Below are positions 1 through 10,532 of a stretch of 64,000 nt of DNA, piece by piece. How positions within the stretch are numbered: position 1 is the stretch's first letter; each line of letters begins with the position of its first letter. Source of the DNA: Bacteroidales bacterium (GTDB lineage Bacteria; Bacteroidota; Bacteroidia; Bacteroidales; UBA10428); assembly GCA_050295515.1 (NCBI GenBank), contig JBNKPU010000168.1, positions 47,899 to 111,898 of the forward strand, given 5' to 3'. The notes under the pieces were generated by a model. That model searched no databases. It worked only from the letters and a program-made list of their open reading frames with translations, and was not told the origin of the DNA. The position numbers and the translations under genes were made by a program.

Positions 1-40
1 ACGCTGCTTTTGTAAAGTGGTAGAAAGATCTGTGACAATT

Positions 41-997
41 ATGAGCCCTGAAAAATTAGTTGAATATATAAATAATACAGATCTGCTTGACGACAGCAGT
101 ATAGTGGACATTACCCTGTTAGCGGAGAACTATCCCTACTTTCAGACTGCTCAAATCCTTAGGGCCAAAAACCTCTATAACCTTTCACCCGAAAGAATCA
201 AACCGGTATTGAACTTTACTGCTGCTTATGTAACAGACCGTAAAATCTTATATTACCTTCTACACCCGATTGAAAACAGAAGGGTTGATGAGAAAAAAGC
301 ACCTGTTGAGGATGAGCCTAAACATACAGAACCTGTTTTAGCAAAAAAAACTCCCGAGAAAGAAGTTAAAGAAACCATCCAGGAAAACATATCTGATGCA
401 CTAAACAACCAAATTGAATTTCTCAATGCCAGCTCGGGTGATGAAATCGAATTCAGCACTTCAATCAACTTAAAAAAAGAATACGGTGAGGGCATAGAAT
501 TGGATGAATATGTCGTAACAATTAACAACAATGAAAAAGACGAATTCATTGAGCTGATTGATCCCGAAGAGAAAATTACTGAAACAGGTGAGCAAAAAGA
601 ACAAAATTCACTAACAGCTGACCCGGTTGAAACAAAAGAAGATATCCTTGCTATAATCAACAAGGGCATTGTTCCTGAAGATATTCAAGAGTCTTCGCTT
701 TCCCTTTCTGAAAGTCAGAAAAAGAAAAACTCTATCATAGACAATTTTATTAAAACCAATCCAAGGATTGACCCGGTAAAAGAACCCAAAGCCAACCCGA
801 TAGATGTTTCAGAAAAATCTATACAAGAAAACGACCACCTGATAACTGACACATTAGCAAATATATACCTCAAACAAGGAAATTATGCAAAAGCAATATT
901 TGCTTATGAGAAATTAAGTTTGAAATATCCGGAAAAAAGTGCTTACTTTGCCGGTCAAATTGAAGAAATTAAAAAATTAATTGATAAAAATAATTAA
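41..997 (+). CDS. TPR-like hypothetical protein
   Basis: The reading frame is open to the window edge, and the track starts it at GTG 17. ATG 41 (MSPEKLVEYI) is the more plausible start. The C-terminus LANIYLKQGNYAKAIFAYEKLSLKYPEKSAYF is a TPR-type helix pair. The middle is acidic/Lys-rich low complexity. Confidence 0.55.
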   Translation: MSPEKLVEYINNTDLLDDSSIVDITLLAENYPYFQTAQILRAKNLYNLSPERIKPVLNFTAAYVTDRKILYYLLHPIENRRVDEKKAPVEDEPKHTEPVLAKKTPEKEVKETIQENISDALNNQIEFLNASSGDEIEFSTSINLKKEYGEGIELDEYVVTINNNEKDEFIELIDPEEKITETGEQKEQNSLTADPVETKEDILAIINKGIVPEDIQESSLSLSESQKKKNSIIDNFIKTNPRIDPVKEPKANPIDVSEKSIQENDHLITDTLANIYLKQGNYAKAIFAYEKLSLKYPEKSAYFAGQIEEIKKLIDKNN

Positions 998-1000
998 CCC

Positions 1001-1348
1001 ATGTATACACTTGTATCTATACTTATTCTTATAGTTTGCGTTTTACTGGTATTAGTTGTATTAGTTCAAAACTCAAAAGGAGGCGGGCTGGCAGCAAATT
1101 TTCAAAGCTCAAATGCTATGATGGGTGTTCGTAAAACAGCAGATTTCCTTGAAAAAGCAACTTGGACACTTGCCGGTGCCTTAATTGTTTTATCTGTTTT
1201 GGCAAGTTCATTTATCGATAAAGGTGAAGAAAAACAATCACGGGTGAATACAGAAGCGGTTCAGCAGCAAGAACAGCCAATACAAGATAACATGATCCCA
1301 CAAACTCCCGGAGGTTTTCAGGATCAAAAAAAAGATGATGCTGAATAG
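1001..1348 (+). CDS. secG: preprotein translocase subunit SecG
   Basis: Two TM helices flank the motif VLVQNSKGGGLAANF typical of SecG. It is followed by a strong terminator. Confidence 0.85.
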   Translation: MYTLVSILILIVCVLLVLVVLVQNSKGGGLAANFQSSNAMMGVRKTADFLEKATWTLAGALIVLSVLASSFIDKGEEKQSRVNTEAVQQQEQPIQDNMIPQTPGGFQDQKKDDAE

Positions 1349-1376
1349 TTATACTGTTTATAAAGACTTAAAAAAA

Positions 1377-1411
1377 GTGTCAGTATGTCATACATGCTGA
1401 CACTTTTTTTT
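1377..1411 (+). terminator. rho-independent terminator after secG
   Basis: Stem GTGTCAG...CTGACAC (1377-1403) is followed by a T8 run (1404-1411). Confidence 0.8.
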
Positions 1412-1627
1412 ATTATTTCAAAAAACCCTCGAAAAAGTAATATGCTTCTGATTTAAAGGCAGTTGCTGCACGCAAAGTAGTTTTTTCACAATTTGCATTT
1501 ACCAGGGACATGAAAAAGTGTCTGCCTAAAACAACACAAAACGCCTGTTTTATGTATTGGCATAGATTGTGATAACAGAAGCAACGAAATAAATATTGAA
1601 TTGTTAAACTAAAAAATACGATCAACA

Positions 1628-1906
1628 ATGTCTGATGTAAAAATTAAACCTCTAGAAGACAGAGTGCTTGTTGAACCACAAGCAGCAGAAGAAAAAACTG
1701 CCAGTGGCATTATAATTCCTGACTCAGCTAAGGAAAAACCTCAAAAAGGAAGTGTTGTAGCTGTTGGATCTGGCAACAAGGATGTTGACATGCAAGTAAA
1801 AGTTGGAGATACAGTACTTTATGGAAAGTATGCAGGAACTGAGCTTTCTGTTGATGGAAAAGATTACCTTATTATGAGGCAATCTGACATTCTTGCAATT
1901 GTTTAA
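1628..1906 (+). CDS. groES: co-chaperonin GroES
   Basis: 92 aa. [12 protein letters not shown]...[17 protein letters not shown]...[13 protein letters not shown] is canonical Cpn10. It sits directly upstream of groEL. Confidence 0.97.
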   Translation: MSDVKIKPLEDRVLVEPQAAEEKTASGIIIPDSAKEKPQKGSVVAVGSGNKDVDMQVKVGDTVLYGKYAGTELSVDGKDYLIMRQSDILAIV

Positions 1907-1939
1907 TTAATCAGAAGAACTTTAAAAACATTTATAGAA

Positions 1940-3571
1940 ATGGCTAAAGAAATCAAATTTGACATTGAGGGCCGCGACCTACTTAAAAAAGGTATGGATC
2001 AGCTGGCTAATGCTGTAAAAGTAACTTTAGGTCCAAAAGGCCGCAACGTTATCATCGAGAAAAAATTTGGTGCCCCATCGGTAACCAAGGATGGTGTTAG
2101 TGTTGCAAAAGAAATTGAACTGGAAGATAAATTTGAGAATATTGGTGCACAATTGGTAAAAGAAGTTGCATCTAAAACAGCTGATGATGCAGGTGATGGC
2201 ACAACTACAGCTACTGTTCTTGCGCAGTCAATTGTTCAGGTTGGACTTAAAAATGTAACTGCCGGTGCCAATCCAATGGATCTAAAAAGGGGTATTGATA
2301 AAGCAGTTGTCAAAGTAGTTGAAACTTTAAAAGGGATGTCGCACGAAGTTGGCGATGACAATGAAAAAATCAAACAAGTTGCATCTATCTCAGCAAACAA
2401 CGATGATGAAATCGGACAACTGATTGCTGAAGCGATGAAAAAAGTTTCAAAAGAAGGAGTTATTACTGTTGAAGAAGCAAAAGGAACTGAAACAAGTGTT
2501 GAAGTTGTTGAAGGTATGCAGTTTGACCGTGGTTATATTTCTCCTTATTTTGTAACTGATACTGAAAAAATGGAAGCAGTATTGGAAAATCCTTATATCC
2601 TGCTTTTCGACAAGAAGATTTCTACAATGAAAGATCTTCTTCCAGTTCTTGAACCAGTTGCACAAGCTGGCCGCCCACTTTTGATCATTGCAGAAGATAT
2701 AGATGGTGAAGCCCTTGCAACACTTGTTGTGAACAAACTACGTGGATCTTTGAAAATTGCAGCTGTTAAGGCTCCTGGTTTTGGCGACAGAAGAAAAGAA
2801 ATGCTTGAAGACCTTGCTATTCTAACCGGAGGTGTCGTAATTTCTGAAGAAAAAGGATTAACACTTGAAGGTGCAAAACTGGATATGCTGGGTACAGCCG
2901 AAAAAGTCACTATTGACAAGGAAAACACTACTGTAGTAAACGGTAATGGTGCTAAAGAAAATATCGACGCACGTGTTGCTCAAATCAAATCTCAAATTGA
3001 GAAAACAACTTCTGACTACGACAAAGAAAAACTTCAGGAACGTCTGGCTAAATTAGCCGGTGGTGTTGCTGTACTTTATGTTGGAGCTGCTTCGGAAGTT
3101 GAGATGAAAGAGAAAAAAGACCGTGTTGATGATGCATTAAGTGCTACCCGCGCTGCTGTTGAAGAAGGCATCATTCCTGGTGGTGGTGTTGCTTACATCA
3201 GGGCTATTACTGCGCTAGAAGGTTTTGAAGGTTCAAATGCTGATCAAAACACAGGTGTAACAATAGTAAAAAGAGCATTGGAAGAGCCACTTCGCCAGAT
3301 TGTTGAAAATGCCGGACTTGACGGTTCTGTAATCGTTCAAAGAATCAAAGAAGGAAAAGATGACTTTGGTTACAATGCACGTACCGACAAGTATGAGGCT
3401 CTTTATAAAGCTGGTGTTATCGATCCTACTAAAGTTGCACGTGTTGCTCTTGAGAATGCTGCTTCTATTGCTGGTATGTTCTTAACTACAGAGTGTGTTG
3501 TTGCTGAATTACCAACTGAAGAACCACCAATGCCTCCAATGGGTGGCGGCGGAATGGGTGGAATGATGTAA
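1940..3571 (+). CDS. groEL: chaperonin GroEL
   Basis: 543 aa. It has [16 protein letters not shown] and a C-terminal GGGGMGGMM tail. Confidence 0.98.
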   Translation: MAKEIKFDIEGRDLLKKGMDQLANAVKVTLGPKGRNVIIEKKFGAPSVTKDGVSVAKEIELEDKFENIGAQLVKEVASKTADDAGDGTTTATVLAQSIVQVGLKNVTAGANPMDLKRGIDKAVVKVVETLKGMSHEVGDDNEKIKQVASISANNDDEIGQLIAEAMKKVSKEGVITVEEAKGTETSVEVVEGMQFDRGYISPYFVTDTEKMEAVLENPYILLFDKKISTMKDLLPVLEPVAQAGRPLLIIAEDIDGEALATLVVNKLRGSLKIAAVKAPGFGDRRKEMLEDLAILTGGVVISEEKGLTLEGAKLDMLGTAEKVTIDKENTTVVNGNGAKENIDARVAQIKSQIEKTTSDYDKEKLQERLAKLAGGVAVLYVGAASEVEMKEKKDRVDDALSATRAAVEEGIIPGGGVAYIRAITALEGFEGSNADQNTGVTIVKRALEEPLRQIVENAGLDGSVIVQRIKEGKDDFGYNARTDKYEALYKAGVIDPTKVARVALENAASIAGMFLTTECVVAELPTEEPPMPPMGGGGMGGMM

Positions 3572-3597
3572 AATATTCCAAAATATATTCCTTAAAA

Positions 3598-3625
3598 CCT
3601 CCAATGTCTATTGGGGGTTTTTTTT
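3598..3625 (+). terminator. rho-independent terminator after groEL
   Basis: An 8 bp stem CCTCCAAT/ATTGGGGG with loop GTCT is followed by a T8 run. Confidence 0.85.
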
Positions 3626-3635
3626 GTTTAAATAG

Positions 3636-3917
3636 GTCTTGCTGAAAAAGTCAGCAAGTAGTGAGATGAATCATAGCACCGCTATGGTGAACCGACCATA
3701 GGGAGTTCATGAATGTAATAAAAATAAAGTGAGTATGAATAACCGAAACAAGTAAGTGAAACGACTTATATTGAAGCAATTTCAATAGGCAATAGATTTT
3801 CTAATGCATATTCGGGGTTTAAGCAATATTGAAGAATTCCTTGCTCGTAAAACTCATACTATCCATATAACATGCAGATAATGTGTTAAAAATGAGTTTT
3901 TCAACAGGCTATATGTA
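3636..3917 (+). repeat. mosaic MITE-like repeat, copy 1 (composite; lacks the usual left arm, carries the internal insertion module)
   Basis: 3661-3823 matches the copies at 49967, 52309 and 59679, sharing gtgagatgaatcatagcaccgctatggtg, cgaaacaagtaagtgaaacgacttatattgaagcaatttcaata and atagattttctaatgcatattcgggg. The leading hairpin cttgctgaaaaagtcagcaag (3638-3658) recurs at 57953. An imperfect inverted match to it (12 of 15) lies at 3894-3908. Confidence 0.75.
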
Positions 3918-3973
3918 GAATAAGTTAGATAATAAACCCATCAGGGAAATAAAAGTATCGCACCGGTTTATTA

Positions 3974-5200
3974 TTATGCACCAATTTCCCTGTCCCTGAA
4001 TCCCATTAAATAGAGGATTGCGTCCAGTCCAATGGTAGAAATGGCATGTTGGGCATTTTCTTTTACCTTAGGTTTTGCATGAAAAGCAATACCCAATCCT
4101 GCAATATTGAGCATAGGCAGGTCGTTCGCTCCGTCACCAATAGCAACGACCTGTTCTAAATGTATGTCTTCTTTAAATGCAATTTTTTTCAACCATTCTG
4201 CTTTCACCTCTCCATTGACAATTTCACCCAAATAATTACCTGTTAATTTTCCATCAACTATTTCAAGCTCATTGGCAAAGACATAATCAATATCGAACTT
4301 TCTTTGTAAGTACTTTCCAAAATAGGTAAATCCGCCAGATAAAATAGCCGTTTTAAAGCCATATTTTTTCAAAGTCTCAAACAATCGTTCAGCTCCTTCT
4401 GTGATGGGCAGGCTCTCAGCAATTTCCTGCATAACGCTCTCATCCAACCCTTTAAGCAAAGCAAGACGCTGCCCAAAACTTTCACTAAAATCGATTTCTC
4501 CATGCATGGCAGATTCAGTAATCCGGTCAACCTCTTCTCCAACTCCTGCCCGCTTTGCCAACTCTACAATAACTTCAGTTTGAATTAATGTACTGTCCAT
4601 ATCAAAACAAACAAGCCGGCGGTTACGGCGGTAAATATTATCGGATTGGAAAGCAATATCTGCACCTATTTCCTTTGAAACATCGATAAAGCTTTTTCTC
4701 ATATCCTCGGTGCTTTTAGGGTTTCCGCGGACAGAAAACTGAATACTTGCTTTATTCTTCAATTCTGACTCTTCACCTTCCAAAGGCACCCTTCCGGTAA
4801 GTCGCGTGATATTATCAATATTTAACCCCTGCTGATAAATGATATCGGTAACTTTGGACAATTGACGGGAAGTAACTTTACGGCTGATTAATGTAACAAT
4901 AAACCTGTCTTTACCCTGCAAATGCACCCAATCGTTATAGTTCGTTTCAGAAATTGGTGTAAACTTAACATTGATACCCAGTTCATAGGCTCTAAATAGC
5001 AGGTCTTTCAATACTGGGGCAGACTCTGATGAAGAAGGTAGTTCGAACAAAATACCCAAAGATAATTGGTCATGTATTACGGCCTGTCCAATATCCAGAA
5101 TATTTACATTATAGCTGGAAAGTAGTGTTGTTAATGTTGAGGTAACCCCAGGTTTATCCTCTCCTGAAATATTCAGAAGGATTATTTCTCTTTTGTTCAT
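3974..5200 (-). CDS. serB: phosphoserine phosphatase SerB with N-terminal ACT-like domains
   Basis: HAD motifs FDMDSTLI and GDGANDLPM are present. The N-terminal regulatory region (ILLNISGEDKPGVTS) resembles ACT domains. Confidence 0.85.
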   Translation of the reverse strand: MNKREIILLNISGEDKPGVTSTLTTLLSSYNVNILDIGQAVIHDQLSLGILFELPSSSESAPVLKDLLFRAYELGINVKFTPISETNYNDWVHLQGKDRFIVTLISRKVTSRQLSKVTDIIYQQGLNIDNITRLTGRVPLEGEESELKNKASIQFSVRGNPKSTEDMRKSFIDVSKEIGADIAFQSDNIYRRNRRLVCFDMDSTLIQTEVIVELAKRAGVGEEVDRITESAMHGEIDFSESFGQRLALLKGLDESVMQEIAESLPITEGAERLFETLKKYGFKTAILSGGFTYFGKYLQRKFDIDYVFANELEIVDGKLTGNYLGEIVNGEVKAEWLKKIAFKEDIHLEQVVAIGDGANDLPMLNIAGLGIAFHAKPKVKENAQHAISTIGLDAILYLMGFRDREIGA

Positions 5201-5295
5201 TCTTTAGATTAAATTTCCAGATCTCAAGATACTTTTGCAAAATAACAAGATCTGTATACGAAAAGTTCGTTATGCTAAATAAAATATAGAAATTA

Positions 5296-7269
5296 TTAAT
5301 ACTTATCAGTCTTGATCAAGTCACCTTCCTCAGTATAATACTTCCATTTGCCAGTTGGCTCATCATCTTCATATTCTCCTTTAATATAAATTTCCCCATT
5401 TTCATGATAGTACCGTAAATCTCCATTCTTTAGACCATCTTTAACTTCAACACTAATTTTAAGGTTGCCATTTTCGTAGAACTCTTCATAATTACGTGCA
5501 TCAAGATCAGAAATAAGAATTTTTGGAACAGTATCAATCTGCTCTTCTATTTCTGGTTTGGTGGGTTCCTCTACAGGTGTATACTGGAAGAGAGAAAGAA
5601 TTTCATTCGTATTATAAAATTGTTTTTTCCAATCTTCCAGCTCAGGTTGATATTGAGCTTTGAACACAAAATGCATCAATTCGTCTTTTTGGTTTAACTG
5701 CATTCCACCTCGAGAAAAACAGGTAATATATTTTTTGTTTTTTTTGAGTTTCGACCAACTCTCAGCGCTTGCAAACCCCCCCATGTTCTGATAAAGAACA
5801 GGAGGCTCGAAATACAGGTACATACTTGTTGAATTTTCGAATTGTCCACTAAAAGTCATATAATCCAACGACTTTTCAAAGGTGTTACCAGAAGTATAAT
5901 CATCAATAATATTTTTAAGGGTCTGAGGGTGGTTACTGATAATTATATTATCATTGATGACTATAAAATAAGGTTTTTCAATTTTTTCAAGGGCTTTACC
6001 AAACAATACTTTGATTATACCTGGAAAAGCTATATAATCAATTGAGAATCCCTTATAATTAACCGATTTGATTTTTACCGGTGTATTTTTTTTAATCTGT
6101 TTCCACAGGATTTGTAGATTCTCTGAAGCCTTAGCTGAATCGCTTGCATGCAGGACTACTGCAAACTCATTGGCACGTCCCAGGTTGGATGGTTGCGATT
6201 GGATCATGACAATCTCGTCCTTCATCCAGGAGAACAGGTTTTTATCGAGATCAATTTTTAGTTTCTTCTCAAGTTTTGCAATATTTTCGGTATACTCCTC
6301 ATAATCCTCTTCACCGGTTTGTCTCATAGATGTTTTAAAGAATTCGGAAGCATCGTCGAAGTTTATTTTGACCAAAGAAGCAATACGCCTTGGAACAACC
6401 GGGGCGGAATATATTTCCTGCTTTCCATTATCCAGTAGGGATAAATAATTAATATCATGCTCGTCGCCAAAACTGCTGTACCCTTCTATGGTCAACAATC
6501 CCTTTGGGGTCAGATTAAAAAACATCCCAGTATAGAGTATATCTCTGGTATATTTATCAAGTGTTTCTCGCATATCAGGCGAAAAGCTGGTCATAAACTT
6601 GGTGAAATTATTATGCACTAAATAAATACTAAAAAGTCCATCATTGCCTATTTTTGATGCTACCCTCAGATAATTGTAATCGCGACCAATGACCATTTGT
6701 TCTGCAGCATCTATCGATCTTTCAAGCAGTTTGGGATTGAACGAAAAGATTAGTTTTCCCTCGGCAAAGCACAGAAAATAATAATCTCTTTCTTCAATAT
6801 CTAACATTTCTATTATTTTATGTCCGTTATAATCACGGCTTGTAACCTCATAGCCCTTGCCCATAATAGATTGAATAGCTTTGGCCGGCTTTTTGTACCC
6901 GGCAATCTTTCCAACATCTATAATATAAATATAATCGTACCCACCACTTGGCACAGGGTGCTGTGACATTGTCACTGCTTTTTTCCCAACCAACTTCAAG
7001 AAAAACTTGCTAGATTTGACCAAGGAGTCATAGGACTCAATATCAGCATTCAACTCGCTAAAAAACTCATTTGTTTTATAATGCTCCCATACATTGCTAT
7101 GGACAATACTCCTCCAGGCGCCTATTGGATCATTTGACTCAACAATAACACTGGCATCTTCAGGAACAAAATAAATTGACCGGAATCCAGAGGAACTACG
7201 CAAATAGAAAAGGGTACCAACAACCGCCAGAATAAGGATTGCTGCAACGAAAATCAGGATTTTCTTCAT
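5296..7269 (-). CDS. membrane-anchored hypothetical protein with C-terminal MORN-like repeats
   Basis: N-terminal TM helix MKKILIFVAAILILAVVGTLFYL. The C-terminus YENGNLKISVEVKDGLKNGDLRYYHENGEIYIKGEYEDDEPTGKWKYY resembles MORN-variant repeats. Function is unknown. Confidence 0.6.
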   Translation of the reverse strand: MKKILIFVAAILILAVVGTLFYLRSSSGFRSIYFVPEDASVIVESNDPIGAWRSIVHSNVWEHYKTNEFFSELNADIESYDSLVKSSKFFLKLVGKKAVTMSQHPVPSGGYDYIYIIDVGKIAGYKKPAKAIQSIMGKGYEVTSRDYNGHKIIEMLDIEERDYYFLCFAEGKLIFSFNPKLLERSIDAAEQMVIGRDYNYLRVASKIGNDGLFSIYLVHNNFTKFMTSFSPDMRETLDKYTRDILYTGMFFNLTPKGLLTIEGYSSFGDEHDINYLSLLDNGKQEIYSAPVVPRRIASLVKINFDDASEFFKTSMRQTGEEDYEEYTENIAKLEKKLKIDLDKNLFSWMKDEIVMIQSQPSNLGRANEFAVVLHASDSAKASENLQILWKQIKKNTPVKIKSVNYKGFSIDYIAFPGIIKVLFGKALEKIEKPYFIVINDNIIISNHPQTLKNIIDDYTSGNTFEKSLDYMTFSGQFENSTSMYLYFEPPVLYQNMGGFASAESWSKLKKNKKYITCFSRGGMQLNQKDELMHFVFKAQYQPELEDWKKQFYNTNEILSLFQYTPVEEPTKPEIEEQIDTVPKILISDLDARNYEEFYENGNLKISVEVKDGLKNGDLRYYHENGEIYIKGEYEDDEPTGKWKYYTEEGDLIKTDKY

Positions 7270-7355
7270 GGAATAAAATTTTTCAGTTGTACATCTTGGC
7301 TGACCTATACCCTGGTTACAAGCTTAAATAAAGATGTCCAACGGGCTTACTCTGA

Positions 7356-8060
7356 TTACTTTAAAATTAATTTCCCAAGATAATCATTATGTGGTCCATC
7401 AGCAAGTTTGGTAAATATAAATCCTTCATCAACAGCAACCTCCTTCATTTTATCCGCATCGATAAATAACCAATCAAATGGTTCTCCGGTAATATTCTTA
7501 TAGGAAAGAGTATACCTAACCTCCCCATAATATTCGCTATTGAGGTTGATCCATTTGCTGCCATCCTTTTCATAATAAATGTAATCGATATCGCTCGAAT
7601 CAAACAGTATTTGTCCATCGGGGTTTAATAGAAGCTTTAAATGTTGAAGCAATTCCCGCAGGCCTTTAATTGAACCAGATATCCCTATACCATTCATTAA
7701 CAGAAGAATGGTATCAAACTTTTTAGCATTATAATCATAAATATTTCTACAAATAACTTCATGAATCCCCCTTTGTTCCATTACCTGACAACAGCCGGTC
7801 GATATTTCTAAAGCACATACCCTAATATCTTGAGATTGAAGAAACAATGAATGGCTTCCGGCTCCAGCTCCAACATCAAGCACATAGCCTTTGCACAATT
7901 CTAATGCTTTTTGTTCAAGAGCAGGCATCCTGGCAAAATCCCTGAATAAATAGCCAGGCTTTATCTTTTCTTCTCCGGAAATATTGGAAAATACCTTAAT
8001 CCTGGCTAATCTGAACCTGGATTTAAAATAATCAATAACAGCTGCTCCAAAAGGATCCAT
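7356..8060 (-). CDS. class I SAM-dependent methyltransferase
   Basis: Motif I VLDVGAGAGSHSL is present, with the expected downstream acidic and LLMNG motifs. Confidence 0.75.
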   Translation of the reverse strand: MDPFGAAVIDYFKSRFRLARIKVFSNISGEEKIKPGYLFRDFARMPALEQKALELCKGYVLDVGAGAGSHSLFLQSQDIRVCALEISTGCCQVMEQRGIHEVICRNIYDYNAKKFDTILLLMNGIGISGSIKGLRELLQHLKLLLNPDGQILFDSSDIDYIYYEKDGSKWINLNSEYYGEVRYTLSYKNITGEPFDWLFIDADKMKEVAVDEGFIFTKLADGPHNDYLGKLILK

Positions 8061-8081
8061 ATATATTAAGTTGAATAAAGA

Positions 8082-8717
8082 TCAAGTATATTTTGCCACT
8101 GCCCTAACAGGCGAACCATCTCCATTTTCTATCTTCAAAGGAAAACAGAAGAAATTAAAATATTTTCCGACCAACTCATCCAAACCGGTCAGATTCTCAA
8201 TAATAATTGCCCCTGAACCAAGTACTGCCTTATGATTTGGAAAATCTTCTGAACCGACCTCATCAATAGATATAGCATCGATTCCGATCCCCTTAAGTTT
8301 TAAAGAGCTTAAATACTGAAAAACCTCAAACTCTGGCAATGGAAATGATTTAAAATACTGATCTTTGCCCCAATACTGATCCCAAGAAGTTTGAAGCAAG
8401 ATAAAATCAATATGACCTAGTTTATTAATTGCTTCTTCCACTTGGTGAACAGTTAAAAGCTGAGCTTTGCTATGTGACAGAACTATACCTTTGCCTGTAA
8501 ACCGATCAATATCAAATTCGTTAATGGATTTACTTCCTTTAATAATATGTGCAGGGGTATCGATATGCGTGCCTGTATGAGAAAAGAAACTGAGCTTTAA
8601 TTCAGCAAAACCATCAGCATCAATGTTACAAACGTTTTCAAAAACAGGGGGTTCAGTACCAGGATATACCGGCATATCTTCATTAAGAATATGGCTAAGA
8701 TCAACTGTTTTCTCCAA
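8082..8717 (-). CDS. cyclase family protein (kynurenine formamidase-like)
   Basis: The HTGTHIDTPAH metal-binding motif is characteristic of the putative cyclase/arylformamidase family. Confidence 0.75.
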   Translation of the reverse strand: MEKTVDLSHILNEDMPVYPGTEPPVFENVCNIDADGFAELKLSFFSHTGTHIDTPAHIIKGSKSINEFDIDRFTGKGIVLSHSKAQLLTVHQVEEAINKLGHIDFILLQTSWDQYWGKDQYFKSFPLPEFEVFQYLSSLKLKGIGIDAISIDEVGSEDFPNHKAVLGSGAIIIENLTGLDELVGKYFNFFCFPLKIENGDGSPVRAVAKYT

Positions 8718-8745
8718 CTGCTTAAAATAAAAGGAAGCTTCTTAT

Positions 8746-9048
8746 TTACTCGTCATCTTCATCAGGTACATCTTCAGCTACTTCCAGACTTTCGAAATTG
8801 CCAAAATCTGAATCTGAACTACTAGAAGAGTCATAATCATCATCTTCATCGCGCAAGCTGTTTTGTGGCATTTTAATGAGATATGAAACTTCTTCGGTCT
8901 CAAGAGGTAGGGCCAAAGCTAATTCTCCTGTTGGAGTCTGAAAATTGATCAGATTATCTTCATAACCATCAGGATATGCCTGTTTCACTAATTGTAGCAA
9001 ACTCTTATCAAGAAGCTCGTACTTTTTTATAATTCTTTTCTTTCCCAC
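8746..9048 (-). CDS. small acidic hypothetical protein
   Basis: 100 aa ORF with a clean ATG and an acidic/Ser-rich tail DEDDDYDSSSSSDSD. No motif was recognised. Confidence 0.5.
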   Translation of the reverse strand: MGKKRIIKKYELLDKSLLQLVKQAYPDGYEDNLINFQTPTGELALALPLETEEVSYLIKMPQNSLRDEDDDYDSSSSSDSDFGNFESLEVAEDVPDEDDE

Positions 9049-9369
9049 AATAAAAAATAATATTGTATTTTACCTGAATACCTTAATATTAATTAGTTAC
9101 CCAGCTTCCGGGCGCCTTAATTTAATTGCGATAAATGTAGAAATTTTTTTCAATTCCAAATAGGTTTACCGATTAATTAATCAGTATTTTTTTAAACGTC
9201 CTAAATTTCGACATTTATATCTTTAAGTTAACTACTTTCTACCAAAACACATCTGTTTTCCAAAAATAATTCATGTCCTTTTTACTGAAAAAAGTTGAAT
9301 ATCCACCCTTTTGTATCGGGTTTGCACCAATATGAAATGAAATTTTATTGTAAAAACAAACGTTTTTTA

Positions 9370-9377
9370 TATATTTG
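9370..9377 (+). promoter_or_regulatory. candidate Bacteroidota -7 promoter element (TAnnTTTG)
   Basis: TATATTTG is an exact match, about 35 nt upstream of ATG 9411. It overlaps the TTG start proposed by the ORF track, which argues against that start. Confidence 0.4.
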
Positions 9378-9410
9378 CAGCCGAAATTTATGTTTATACA
9401 AAAAGGAAGT

Positions 9411-10358
9411 ATGTTCCGAAAAGAAATTAAAGTACTCGATTGTACAATAAGAGATGGCGGCCTAATGAACAATTGGCAATTTTCAGATGACTTCGTAAAA
9501 GCAGTTTACAATGCTTGCGTTGCTTCTGGAGTTGATTATATGGAAATAGGTTATAAAAGCAGCGAAAAAGCTTTCTCGAGAGACGAAGTAGGAGCATGGA
9601 AATTCTGTGATGAAAAGGATCTAAGAAGAATTGTTGGAGATAATAATACTTCTCTGAAATTATCGGCAATGGCTGATATAGGACGAATTGAGCCTGAGGA
9701 TATTCTTCCTGCAGAAGATAGCCTTCTTGACATGATTCGTGTTGCAGCTTATGCCCATCAGACCGATAAAGCTATTTGGCTTGCAGAACATTGCATGGAC
9801 AAAGGGTATGAGGTTACCATTAACCTTATGGCTGTATCAACAGTTATTGAACGTGATCTGGAAGAGGCCCTTACTGATCTTGCCAAATCAAAAGTTCCAA
9901 CAGTTTACCTTGTTGATAGCTTTGGTAGCATGTACTGCGAACAAATCGAAGACCTGGTTGAAAAATATATGCATTTCATGCCGGGAAAAACCATTGGCAT
10001 GCACATGCACAACAATATGCAATTAGCATTTTCAAATACAATTACAGGAATAATTAAAGGGTGCAACCTTCTTGATGCAACTTTTCTTGGAATTGGCAGG
10101 GGAGCTGGCAATTGCCCACTAGAGGTATTGCTGTCATTCCTGAAAAATCCAAAATTCAAAATTAAACCTATATTAAAGGTTATTCAAGACCATCTTGTTC
10201 CAATGCAGAAAGATATTGACTGGGGATATTTCATGCCTTACATGATTTCAGGAGCTCTCAATCAACATCCTAGAAGTGCAATGAAATGGATGGATAGTGA
10301 TAAAAAAGATAATTATGTTGCTTTCTACGAAAGTATGGCAGATAAAAACGACTTGTAG
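9411..10358 (+). CDS. HMGL-like aldolase / pyruvate carboxyltransferase domain protein
   Basis: KVLDCTIRDGG near the N-terminus and the HMHNN metal-ligand region are typical of the DRE-TIM HMGL-like fold. The start was moved from TTG 9375 to ATG 9411; ATG 9390 is also possible. Confidence 0.7.
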   Translation: MFRKEIKVLDCTIRDGGLMNNWQFSDDFVKAVYNACVASGVDYMEIGYKSSEKAFSRDEVGAWKFCDEKDLRRIVGDNNTSLKLSAMADIGRIEPEDILPAEDSLLDMIRVAAYAHQTDKAIWLAEHCMDKGYEVTINLMAVSTVIERDLEEALTDLAKSKVPTVYLVDSFGSMYCEQIEDLVEKYMHFMPGKTIGMHMHNNMQLAFSNTITGIIKGCNLLDATFLGIGRGAGNCPLEVLLSFLKNPKFKIKPILKVIQDHLVPMQKDIDWGYFMPYMISGALNQHPRSAMKWMDSDKKDNYVAFYESMADKNDL

Positions 10359-10390
10359 TTTTCATTGTTTTGATTTCATGGCAAAAGGGG

Positions 10391-10426
10391 AAGCCATCAG
10401 CCTTCGGGCTGGTGGCTTTATTTTTT
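10391..10426 (+). terminator. rho-independent terminator after the aldolase-like gene
   Basis: Stem GCCATCAGCC/GGCTGGTGGC with loop TTCG is followed by TTTATTTTTT. Confidence 0.8.
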
Positions 10427-10532
10427 AGGTATAGTTTGCTTGTTTATACAGATCAAACTTAATTGCCTTAATCCGATTTTATGGGGATTTAATAATATAT
10501 TACCAGATGTATTGATTTAGAATCCTGCCAGT

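Noticed and set aside
1413-1628. 71 aa minus-strand ORF between secG and groES.
   Set aside because: It occupies the groESL upstream regulatory region and is Cys/Phe-rich nonsense-like sequence with no motif. It would collide with the secG terminator.
9239-9472. 77 aa minus-strand ORF and the TTG 9375 start of the aldolase-like gene.
   Set aside because: The ORF overlaps the promoter region and the 5-prime end of the plus-strand gene. The TTG start overlaps an exact TATATTTG promoter motif, so ATG 9411 (or 9390) is preferred.
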